Shown here piece by piece: positions 5,471 to 12,358 of a DNA stretch of 12,358 nucleotides (position 1 is the first letter of the stretch; every line of letters starts with the position of its first letter). The notes beneath the pieces are model-generated. The model had not been told where the DNA came from. It saw nothing but the letters and a program-made list of their open reading frames with translations, and did no database searches. The position numbers and the translations under genes were made by a program. The stretch comes from Sulfuricurvum sp. (GTDB lineage: Bacteria > Campylobacterota > Campylobacteria > Campylobacterales > Sulfurimonadaceae). The stretch is taken from NCBI RefSeq assembly GCF_028712165.1, contig NZ_JAQTQR010000077.1, positions 1 through 12,358 of the forward strand, given 5' to 3'.

Positions 5471-7298
5471 ACCAGGAACATACACGATTCCGACCGAGCT
5501 CTTTGGCCTGATAGAGCGCTTTATCGGCTTGCTCAAATAAAGTATCGAAGTCTACACCGTCATTTTTCGGAGTGCTGACCCCGAAAGAACAGGTAATGTG
5601 TTCGATTGTAGAAAAAAGATGTTCTTCGATACTGAGGCGGATTTTGTCTGCGATGCGTTCAGCGAGAGTTATATCAAGAGTTCGGATGATGACAATAAAT
5701 TCTTCTCCACCCCAGCGTGCGACTATATCATTTTCCCGCATGATCTTTTTAAGCAAGATTGCGAGTTCTTTCAGGACACTGTCTCCTACCGCATGTCCGA
5801 ACGTATCGTTGATCGGTTTAAATTTGTCGATATCGATAATAATGACAGAAATCTGTTGGAGAAAGGGAGGCGTTGTATCGATGTGTTCCATTAGCCCACG
5901 GCGATTTAGCAGGGTAGTGAGCGGGTCTCGTTGTGCAGACGAACGGAGCAATGTATTATTATTTTTGAGTTCAACCTGTTTGTGATGGACTGTTTCGAGA
6001 AGATAATTGAAAAAGCGTGCAACGATGCCGACTTCCGTATCGCGCTCTTCATAGACTTTGGTCTGCAGATTCCCTGTCTTCATAATACGGATAATGCTGT
6101 CGATGGTTTCTACCCACGGGAGCCTTGCTTGATGTTCCGTTACATTCAGCCCGATTACTTCATTTCGGCCGGAGACACGAAGAGCGTTGAAACGATTTAA
6201 AATAAGAAAGAGGATAATTCCGCTTCCGAAAGCAAAAACGAATGCGCTGACGATACCGAGTGATTGCACGCCTATCAACTCCATGCGGCTCATTCCCTCA
6301 TGCAGCGGAGCAAAAAGTCCTACCGCAAATGTCCCCCATACACCGGAAAATCCATGGATACCTACTACACTGAGCGGATCGTCAATATGAAATTTTTTGA
6401 GTAGCAGCTGATCGGAAAAATACATGATAAAGGCTGAGACAAATCCGACAAACGCCGCTTCGAGTGTTGTCAAATCGGCACATCCCGCCGTAATGCCAAC
6501 CAGTCCGGAAATGATCCCGAAACTAAACAGTTCCACTCCGATCCCTTTTTTCAAAAAAAGGCTGATGAGATATGCGCCGAAACCGCCGAATGAACCTGCG
6601 ATCAGTGTGTTGAGGAGGATAATGCTCACCGAGGAGTTAAAAGCGAGGAGGCTTCCGGCATTAAAGGCAAACCATGCGAACCAGAGGATAAAGACTCCGA
6701 ATACAATAAAGTTGTGGTTACTAGGGGCAAAATTGCTGATCTTACCTTTTCGAAATCTCCCCAGACGAGGCCCTAACGTGATGGCACCGGCGAGCCCTAT
6801 CCATGCCCCCATCGAATGGACGACCGTCGAACCGGCAAAATCGATAAATCCCATTTGTTTCAGCCAGCCCTGAGCACTCCATGCCCAATGTCCGACGATC
6901 GGATAGATCAAGGAAATGACGATGATAGAGACAACGACGTAGCCGTTGAATTTCATCCGTTCTGCAACGGCACCGGAGACGATAGTGATCGAAGTAGCCG
7001 CAAACATGGACTCAAAGAAAAAGAAGCCGTTTTCAGCCGGATTACTGCCGTCAATGAGAAATCCGCTTGTCCCTACGATTCCGTTGAAATCATTCCCGAA
7101 CATCAACCCAAAACCGATCACCCAGAAACACATGACACCGAAAATGGTATCGATGAGATTTTTCATAGCGACATTGATCGTATTTTTTGAGCGGACGGTG
7201 CCGGTTTCAACCATAGCAAAACCGAGTTGCATGGTAAAAATCAAGATACCGCTTAAAACGATCCAAAGCAGGTCAATATTGCTATATTCGCTCATCAA
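5469..7298 (-). CDS. Ammonium transporter (Amt/MEP) fused to C-terminal GGDEF diguanylate cyclase domain
   Basis: 609 aa. The N-terminal about 400 aa are polytopic with Amt-family signatures (MQLGFAMVETGTVRSKNTINVAMKNLIDT..., Gly/Phe-rich TM helices). The C-terminus has DPLTTLLNRRGL, IIDIDKFKPINDTFGH and RWGGEEFIVII (intact GGEEF). RENDIVARW places an RxxD I-site at the canonical spacing. The start is TTG 7296-7298 or the adjacent ATG 7293-7295. Confidence 0.85.
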   Translation of the reverse strand: MMSEYSNIDLLWIVLSGILIFTMQLGFAMVETGTVRSKNTINVAMKNLIDTIFGVMCFWVIGFGLMFGNDFNGIVGTSGFLIDGSNPAENGFFFFESMFAATSITIVSGAVAERMKFNGYVVVSIIVISLIYPIVGHWAWSAQGWLKQMGFIDFAGSTVVHSMGAWIGLAGAITLGPRLGRFRKGKISNFAPSNHNFIVFGVFILWFAWFAFNAGSLLAFNSSVSIILLNTLIAGSFGGFGAYLISLFLKKGIGVELFSFGIISGLVGITAGCADLTTLEAAFVGFVSAFIMYFSDQLLLKKFHIDDPLSVVGIHGFSGVWGTFAVGLFAPLHEGMSRMELIGVQSLGIVSAFVFAFGSGIILFLILNRFNALRVSGRNEVIGLNVTEHQARLPWVETIDSIIRIMKTGNLQTKVYEERDTEVGIVARFFNYLLETVHHKQVELKNNNTLLRSSAQRDPLTTLLNRRGLMEHIDTTPPFLQQISVIIIDIDKFKPINDTFGHAVGDSVLKELAILLKKIMRENDIVARWGGEEFIVIIRTLDITLAERIADKIRLSIEEHLFSTIEHITCSFGVSTPKNDGVDFDTLFEQADKALYQAKELGRNRVCSW

Positions 7299-7508
7299 CG
7301 GTCTGTTCCAACTCTCATTTTATTGTTAAAAGATAACTACTTATTAAATATATGCATATATTATTCTTTATTATTTTAATGCTTATAGTAATAAACAAAA
7401 ACTAGCCGAACAATTTAACACTTTTTTGTGCACACACATTTCATAATACTCCATTACTGATCAAGAAAATATCGTAGAATCTACAGTATTTACGAAAAAG
7501 GAAAGAGG

Positions 7509-8429
7509 ATGTCTGTACCATATTCCATAAAAACGCTCACTCCTGCCGAAGCTCTTAATCTGATCGAAAAGGGGGCAAAGATCCTTGACCCGATAACCCC
7601 TGAAGCGTATGAGTGTTATCACATCAAAGATGCAATAAATGCCTGCGTCTATGAAGTTTCTTTCTTACAAAAAATTCCCGAACTTTTGCCTGACAAAACG
7701 GTACCCATCATTGTATACGCTAACAGTGCTACATCGCATGAATCCCTTGTCGCCGCCCAAAAGCTCGAAAAACTCGGTTACGGCAGTGTTTATGTGGTAG
7801 AAGGGGGGATTGAAGCACTGGTGCAAGCAGGTTGTATGAGAGAAGGCTCAGCAGACTCACTCTACGAACAGCTCGAATATACATCGGGAAGCTATACAGC
7901 TCAGGCGGAGAGTGCTTTTATCGGTTGGACCGGGCGCAATGCCAACGGTAAACATTATGGTACTGTTAGTTTGAAAGAGGGGGTCATGCATATTTACGGA
8001 GAGAATGTCTATGGTAGTTTTACCGTCGATATGACCGACATAACCGACCTCGATCTTGAGGATGCCTCGTTTGCCAATATGCTTATCACACATTTGAGCT
8101 CTGATGACTTTTTCTCGGTTCAGTCGTTTCCCGAAGCAACGTTTAGCATCCATAGTGCGAAACGTTCTCCCGAAGCCACTGTCAGTTCTGTAAATCACAT
8201 TCTGGAAGGATCTCTCAGTCTCTGCGGCATTACCAAAAAACTCAACATTCCTGCTACCTTTGTTCAAAGCGACACCAATACTTTGGTACTTGAAGCCCAT
8301 TTCGATTTTGATCGTACTCTTTGGGGAATCGCCTACGGTTCAGCACATTTTTTCCGTTTTCTAGGGATGCATGTGGTTTTCGATCCTGTCAGTATTGAAG
8401 TACGTATTGTGTTAAAAATCGCCGATTAA
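7509..8429 (+). CDS. Rhodanese-homology domain (catalytic Cys replaced) fused to YceI-like polyisoprenoid-binding domain
   Basis: 306 aa with SD AAGGA 7 nt upstream. Residues about 1-105 have a rhodanese fold pattern (IIVYANSATSHESLVAAQKLEKLGYGSVYVVEGGIEAL), but the active-site loop has Ala where the Cys is expected. Residues about 120-306 match YceI (HLSSDDFFSVQSFPEATF, LEGSLSLCGITKKLNIPATF, FDFDRTLWGI). There is no signal peptide. Confidence 0.75.
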   Translation: MSVPYSIKTLTPAEALNLIEKGAKILDPITPEAYECYHIKDAINACVYEVSFLQKIPELLPDKTVPIIVYANSATSHESLVAAQKLEKLGYGSVYVVEGGIEALVQAGCMREGSADSLYEQLEYTSGSYTAQAESAFIGWTGRNANGKHYGTVSLKEGVMHIYGENVYGSFTVDMTDITDLDLEDASFANMLITHLSSDDFFSVQSFPEATFSIHSAKRSPEATVSSVNHILEGSLSLCGITKKLNIPATFVQSDTNTLVLEAHFDFDRTLWGIAYGSAHFFRFLGMHVVFDPVSIEVRIVLKIAD

Positions 8430-8535
8430 AAAAGGGAAGGAATTTCACTTTATCAGATTTTTTCATCATATAGAGCCGATTGGTTACTTTAAACGTGTAT
8501 GATTCCGATTAACTTTTAATTGGCGGGTGGAGAAG

Positions 8536-9003
8536 ATGAAGCTAGTGGTATATTTTTTAGTTTTTGTAGCAATTGTGATACAGTTTATCAGACCGGATTT
8601 TAAAAATCCTGCAGTAGATGAGAATGTTGCGTTAAACGCTGATCCTCACGTTATGAGCGTTCTGAAAACCTCATGTTATGACTGCCATTCCAATGAAACA
8701 AAATACCCTTGGTATCAAAATGTCGCCCCCGTCTCATGGATTATGTCGGATCATATCCAAAGAGGACGCAAAGCACTCGATTTTTCAAATTGGGCCAATA
8801 TAGATCCTAAAGTGAAATTAGAACGGTTACAGCGGGCAACGCAAGTCATCAACAATGATATGATGCCGAAACATGATTATCTTTTGATGCATAAAAATGC
8901 TGTTTTGAATAAAGATAAGAAACAAACACTCGAGAAATTTTTTGATTCACAAATACTGGAATTGGGCGGCTCGACAAGTACTCTGAAAAAATTTAATATT
9001 TAA
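8536..9003 (+). CDS. Membrane-anchored heme-binding domain protein (CxxCH; Haem_bd/PF14376-like)
   Basis: ATG 8536 has SD GGTGGAG about 4-5 nt upstream. The track's 8527 start is an in-frame GTG that is less likely. The N-terminal anchor is MKLVVYFLVFVAIVIQFI. The motif SCYDCHSNETKYPWYQNVAPVSW contains a c-type heme CxxCH site within the conserved block of the small haem-binding domain family. Confidence 0.6.
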   Translation: MKLVVYFLVFVAIVIQFIRPDFKNPAVDENVALNADPHVMSVLKTSCYDCHSNETKYPWYQNVAPVSWIMSDHIQRGRKALDFSNWANIDPKVKLERLQRATQVINNDMMPKHDYLLMHKNAVLNKDKKQTLEKFFDSQILELGGSTSTLKKFNI

Positions 9004-9063
9004 TCGATATATTTCTTCTTAATCTATTATGTTAGATAATGATAGAAAAAGAAGGGTGACGGA

Positions 9064-9573
9064 ATGAAATTTCGAGTTGCTTTGATATTTTCATTGTTTG
9101 CGGTTCTTCCAATAACGCTGAGTGCGGCTGAATCCAAAAAACACTCAGCCGTGAAAGATGCCGTAACTGCACCGCTGAGTGATCTTAATCTGATTCATGT
9201 TGAAATACCGCCTGTACTTATTGAAGCTCAAAAAGAACCCTATAGAGTTCCTATAGAACTTAGCTGTGATGCTTTGTCTCTCGATGTGGAAGAACTGGAC
9301 AATGTACTTGGTCCTGATCTCGATGCAGCAAAATCCGATTCTAATACTACACTTCTTCAAAAAGGAGTAAGCAGAGCAGAGAGTGCGGCAGTAGGTACAT
9401 TACGCAATACAACAGAGAGTGTAATCCCCTACAGAGGGTGGGTGAGAAAGCTATCAGGTGCTGACCGTTATTCGAAGAAAGTTACAGCTTCCATCACTGC
9501 CGGAACAGTTAGACGAGCTTTTTTGAAAGGGATAATGGCATCAAAAGAGTGTATTCGGACATCTTCAAATTAA
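9064..9573 (+). CDS. Secreted hypothetical protein (169 aa)
   Basis: SD GAAGGGTGA before the ATG. The signal peptide MKFRVALIFSLFAVLPITLSA-AES is clear. No family was recognised. Confidence 0.5.
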   Translation: MKFRVALIFSLFAVLPITLSAAESKKHSAVKDAVTAPLSDLNLIHVEIPPVLIEAQKEPYRVPIELSCDALSLDVEELDNVLGPDLDAAKSDSNTTLLQKGVSRAESAAVGTLRNTTESVIPYRGWVRKLSGADRYSKKVTASITAGTVRRAFLKGIMASKECIRTSSN

Positions 9574-9587
9574 CTCTATAACGTCAT

Positions 9588-9944
9588 TTATCCCTCTAAA
9601 AATGCTTCCCATTTCAACGGATTCCAATAATATGAGGCGGGAGAAACTTCATGTGGTACAGCTGGAATCGGCGTTGATGGAGGGATTGAGAGAATCGGCG
9701 GAGCAGGCGTAAGCTCCGGAATCGGAAGCCTCGGATCATTGGAAGCAGCATCCAGATACGCTATGCACAGACCTCTTTTATCACGAATAATACCATTCTG
9801 AATTACTCCGAGATGCTGAGCGTCGTGGTAGGTGAAAACATGACTGTCGCGTATAAACGCTCTGCAGCATTTTTTACGATCATAAATGACACCATTATAA
9901 AGCCATCCGATTGTCCGTCCGTGACGGTTAAAGATAGGATTCAT
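9588..9944 (-). CDS. 4-fold beta-flower-like repeat protein with Pro-rich C-terminal tail
   Basis: Strong SD GGGAGGT lies upstream of the ATG. Four roughly 16-aa tandem repeats with a G-x-hydrophobic / hydrophobic-x-D/N-x-x-G periodicity (IFNRHGRTIGWLYNGV / IYDRKKCCRAFIRDSHV / FTYHDAQHLGVIQNGI / IRDKRGLCIAYLDAAS) resemble 4-fold beta-flower mini-domains. The tail is PIPELTPAPPILSIPPSTPIPAVP. Confidence 0.45.
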   Translation of the reverse strand: MNPIFNRHGRTIGWLYNGVIYDRKKCCRAFIRDSHVFTYHDAQHLGVIQNGIIRDKRGLCIAYLDAASNDPRLPIPELTPAPPILSIPPSTPIPAVPHEVSPASYYWNPLKWEAFLEG

Positions 9945-10071
9945 AGTTATGTTACCTCCCGCCCAGATTTTTTAGGGATTCCATTGTAACAAATTATTAT
10001 TAATAAAACAAATACACGAATATATTAATATCTCCATGCATCCCTATTATTGATTGATTATTTTTGCATGA

Positions 10072-10120
10072 AAAATTCATAAGAACATATAATGCATAGT
10101 ATAAATACATTATGAATTTT
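10072..10120. promoter_or_regulatory. Perfect 11-bp inverted repeat (AAAATTCATAA ... TTATGAATTTT) flanking a TATAAT -10 box upstream of the ferredoxin gene
   Basis: Half-sites at 10072-10082 and 10110-10120 are exact reverse complements separated by 27 nt. TATAAT at 10088-10093 sits in the spacer, 42 nt upstream of ATG 10136. Confidence 0.4.
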
Positions 10121-10135
10121 ATCTAGGAGCAATCT

Positions 10136-10525
10136 ATGGCTGTTCTTATTACCGACTCTTGTATAAATTGTGATGCTTGCATAGATGAATGTCCCGCGAC
10201 GGCGATCGTCAGTGCCGATGAATCGCCTTTAAATGACAGAGAATACACCTACGTTAAGCCTGAAAAATGTATCGAGTGTGTCGATGCCGCAGTACCAAAA
10301 TGTGCCGATGTCTGTCCGAGCGAGGATTGTATCGTATGGGATATGCCCTACATTGCAGACTATAACGATTATTTCGTACTAAGCGAGCGCTACGTGATTC
10401 GAGAACATAAGAAAAAAGGGCTGATGTCACCGGAAGTGAGTCCGATGCCGTGGCGTGAGACGATCAGTATGGAGCACAGAGAAGGACATGTGAGTGTAGG
10501 GCAGACGCTAAAGCTTTATAATTAA
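10136..10525 (+). CDS. fdxA: Alvin-type 2[4Fe-4S] ferredoxin with C-terminal extension (FdxA-like)
   Basis: SD TAGGAG (6-nt spacer) before the ATG. AVLITDSCINCDACIDECPATAI is the first CxxCxxCxxxCP cluster motif and CIECVDAAVPKCADVCP is the second, with the 6-residue insertion typical of Allochromatium vinosum-type ferredoxins. From memory, the overall layout matches A. vinosum Fd and Campylobacter/Helicobacter FdxA. Confidence 0.8.
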   Translation: MAVLITDSCINCDACIDECPATAIVSADESPLNDREYTYVKPEKCIECVDAAVPKCADVCPSEDCIVWDMPYIADYNDYFVLSERYVIREHKKKGLMSPEVSPMPWRETISMEHREGHVSVGQTLKLYN

Positions 10526-10555
10526 GTATATCCCTTTGTTGGAGAAGTAGGGAGT

Positions 10556-11380
10556 TTATTCAGAACGCAAGGTTATAACATTTATTTGAGGTCGAGCGAA
10601 GAACCTGACGGGTGGTGTAACGGTTCCAACCCCGTTTGAGATAATTGCTGTCATACTCCCAACCTGTACTTTCCCCGTTCTATATTTTTGCCTGGTTTTT
10701 GTCGGAAGAATCGGTGCGTAGAGCCCGAAAAATGTCACTTGTCCGCCATGTGTGTGACCTGCTAAAACGAGATCGATTTGTGTATTGTCTTTTATCTCTT
10801 CTATATAATCGGGATTATGGGTAACTAAAATGACAAAATCTTCTTTTTTTACACCGGTTAGTGTGGGATTTATATCTTGAACTCCTTCAAGATAATCATC
10901 CACGCCTCCTATTTTAATGCGACTTTTGCCGACAGAAATCCAACTTGCATTATTATCAAGAAGATTGATTTTTGCTCTTTGAATATTCTTAATGGTTAAT
11001 TCTTTACCTTCCCAATGGTCATGGTTTCCGAGAATAGCGTAGACACCGTATTTTGCTTTCAAATACTGTAATTCATCAAAACAAGACGATATATATTTCT
11101 TATCACGATGTACATAGTCACCCCCGAGAATAATAATATCCGGCATTTCATTATTAACTAAGTCAACCAAATTATGAACCCTTTCTCTAGAAAGAAAAGG
11201 GCCATGATGGATATCCGAAATAAAAATAATTTTTAGTTTGTCAGTCTTAGAATTGATTTTTTTACTTACAATCGTATCTTGCTTTATTTCTATGAGATAC
11301 GGTTCATAAAAAGTATACATCAATAAAAGAGAAAAAAATGATGCCGCGATAATCAGTAATCTAATGGCTTTATTTTTCAT
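10556..11380 (-). CDS. Membrane-anchored metallophosphoesterase (calcineurin-like phosphoesterase)
   Basis: Motifs FISDIHHG, GGDYV, GNHD, THNP and GHTHGG form the full dimetal phosphoesterase motif set. The preferred start is ATG 11378-11380 (MKNKAIRLLIIAASFFSLLLMY, SD AAAGGA with 4-nt spacer), not the longer track ORF starting at 11440, which lacks an SD. Confidence 0.8.
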   Translation of the reverse strand: MKNKAIRLLIIAASFFSLLLMYTFYEPYLIEIKQDTIVSKKINSKTDKLKIIFISDIHHGPFLSRERVHNLVDLVNNEMPDIIILGGDYVHRDKKYISSCFDELQYLKAKYGVYAILGNHDHWEGKELTIKNIQRAKINLLDNNASWISVGKSRIKIGGVDDYLEGVQDINPTLTGVKKEDFVILVTHNPDYIEEIKDNTQIDLVLAGHTHGGQVTFFGLYAPILPTKTRQKYRTGKVQVGSMTAIISNGVGTVTPPVRFFARPQINVITLRSE

Positions 11381-11528
11381 ATTATCCTTTTTATTTTCAA
11401 ATTCTAGCTTTTGGGTGTATAACATTATTATTGGGTACAAAAAATTCTTCTAAATTTCCTAAGAAGATATTGGTAAAAAGGGTGAAATTTATTTGACTTT
11501 ATTATCGTTATGCTTTTTATACAAAACG

Positions 11529-11786
11529 TTACCCTCCATAAAACCAATGTGAAGAAGTGTGTCCTTTGGCCTCGGAAAAATAGGATGCTTTTTCTGACGA
11601 TCCGGATGAATACGAAGAAATATGACCGCCGCCTCCACCTGAGTTGTTTGAACATTCTTGATCATGATTTGGTCCGCAGTCATGCCGATGAGAAGAATCG
11701 CATCCGGATAAAGCACTCATGATGATTAAACCGAATGTTCCGGTTTTGATTTGGTTTGCAGTAAATAGTTGAAGTTTTTTTTTCAT
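11529..11786 (-). CDS. Small His/Cys/Gly/Ser-rich lipoprotein (85 aa), candidate metal-binding
   Basis: The signal peptide has a lipobox (MKKKLQLFTANQIKTGTFGLIIMSALSG-C). The mature part is CDSSHRHDCGPNHDQECSNNSGGGGGHISSYSSGSS...GHTSSHWFYGG. It is in a different frame from three overlapping track ORFs that lack such features. The SD is weak. Confidence 0.45.
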   Translation of the reverse strand: MKKKLQLFTANQIKTGTFGLIIMSALSGCDSSHRHDCGPNHDQECSNNSGGGGGHISSYSSGSSEKASYFSEAKGHTSSHWFYGG

Positions 11787-11808
11787 AATGTTTAAAAATA
11801 TATCTTTC

Positions 11809-12312
11809 TTATTTGCTCGCTTCTTTCATATCGGCGACAAATTGCTGTTGTACTTGTTGTAATTTTGGCATCATTTCCAACGATAATTTTTGCATTTCTA
11901 TCATTGATTTTTGCATTAATGTAGGCATTTTGACAATGAGCGCTTTTCCGGCAGGAGTTTTGTAAAATGCGATTATTCCATCGATTTCTTCTTGGTTAAA
12001 TGTCTCTTCATAGAGGCGAATGTACATTGGTTCGAGTTTTTCCCATGCAATTGTATCCTGCATGACTGCCAATGCATTTTTTTTCATTTTTTCGATTACT
12101 GCCATCTGTTTGGGAGTAGGATTTTTACCTGCAAGGATCTGCTGAACGGAGCGATTCATCATCGCTTCGGTTTGTATTGTGATGCTGTCAACAAGTTTAC
12201 GTGATTCGGCAACCTCTAAAAGTTCTCGTATGGAACTTTGACTTGCGGGTGCTGCCATTAGGGCAGAGGATGCGACAAAGAGAGAAAGGATGATACGTTT
12301 AAAGAGAAACAT
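11809..12312 (-). CDS. Periplasmic DUF2059-family protein
   Basis: SD GGAG (6-nt spacer) before the ATG. The signal peptide is MFLFKRIILSLFVASSALMA. The motif IIAFYKTPAGKALIVKMPTLMQKSM matches the FYxTPxGxxL signature of DUF2059 proteins. Confidence 0.55.
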   Translation of the reverse strand: MFLFKRIILSLFVASSALMAAPASQSSIRELLEVAESRKLVDSITIQTEAMMNRSVQQILAGKNPTPKQMAVIEKMKKNALAVMQDTIAWEKLEPMYIRLYEETFNQEEIDGIIAFYKTPAGKALIVKMPTLMQKSMIEMQKLSLEMMPKLQQVQQQFVADMKEASK

Positions 12313-12358
12313 GAGTGGCTCCGTTTAAGTCAAATGAGAATTTATTTTGTAAAAAGCA

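Noticed and set aside
7282-7300. Sigma-54-like TGGAAC-N5-GTTGA near the Amt-GGDEF start, considered because amt genes are often NtrC/sigma-54 controlled
   Set aside because: The spacing is off by one and the -12 GC is not conserved. The element overlaps the start codon itself, so it cannot function as a promoter.
7426-7437. 8-bp palindrome TGTGCACA in the Amt/rhodanese divergent region
   Set aside because: It is short, single-copy and not paired with a second site. It could be a chance palindrome or a restriction-type site, which is insufficient to call a regulatory element.
9660-9730. GAATCGG-containing DNA repeats that looked like a short tandem repeat locus
   Set aside because: They fall inside the 9588-9944 coding frame and simply encode the Pro-rich IP/PxP tail. 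They are not an intergenic VNTR or CRISPR-like array. This is retained only as a note under the beta-flower finding.
11428-11722. Three overlapping track ORFs (11428-11655 -, 11489-11716 -, 11510-11722 +)
   Set aside because: They have no signal, motif or RBS support and they overlap one another. The 11529-11786 frame, with a lipobox signal peptide, is the more credible coding assignment, though still uncertain.
1-12358. Search for tRNA, rRNA, CRISPR repeats, IS elements and integrases
   Set aside because: No cloverleaf-compatible conserved tRNA motifs, no rRNA-like stretches, no regularly spaced direct repeats and no transposase or integrase-like ORFs were seen.

Overview
This is a 12.4 kb chromosomal segment with moderate GC and AAGGAG-type Shine-Dalgarno sites. 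The style (AT-rich intergenic regions, extended -10 promoters) is compatible with Campylobacterota (Epsilonproteobacteria), but that is only a guess. It is densely coding, with about 18 genes and no rRNA, tRNA, CRISPR or obvious transposon. The main item is a complete Family-1 encapsulin nanocompartment operon on the minus strand. An encapsulated ferritin cargo gene (EncFtn, 3194-3568) ends in a textbook GxLKIG cargo-loading peptide. It sits 10 nt upstream of the encapsulin shell gene (2386-3183). A glutathione peroxidase gene (1856-2389) is translationally coupled to the shell gene through an ATGA overlap. This gene type is well known, so it is a clear instance of a described system rather than a new one. 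The rest of the window has a redox and envelope-stress flavour: a DsbC/DsbG-like disulfide isomerase (partial, CPYC motif), a secreted SYLF/DUF500 protein, an Alvin-type 2[4Fe-4S] ferredoxin (FdxA-like), a CxxCH heme-binding-domain protein, and a fusion of a rhodanese domain (catalytic Cys to Ala) with a YceI domain. It also encodes an ammonium transporter fused to a GGDEF diguanylate cyclase (GGEEF motif and RxxD I-site intact). Other genes are a membrane metallophosphoesterase, a DUF2059 periplasmic protein, a His/Cys/Gly-rich mini-lipoprotein, a 4-fold-beta-flower-like protein with a Pro-rich tail, a transglutaminase-like membrane protein, and several small hypothetical proteins. One of these looks like a stripped-down degenerate GGDEF domain. 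Regulatory candidates are an extended -10 promoter (TGCTATAAT) upstream of the 5073 gene, a perfect 11-bp inverted repeat bracketing a TATAAT box upstream of the ferredoxin gene, and a weak hairpin plus T7 terminator at 5444-5470. All functional calls are by-eye motif and homology recognition; no database search was run.
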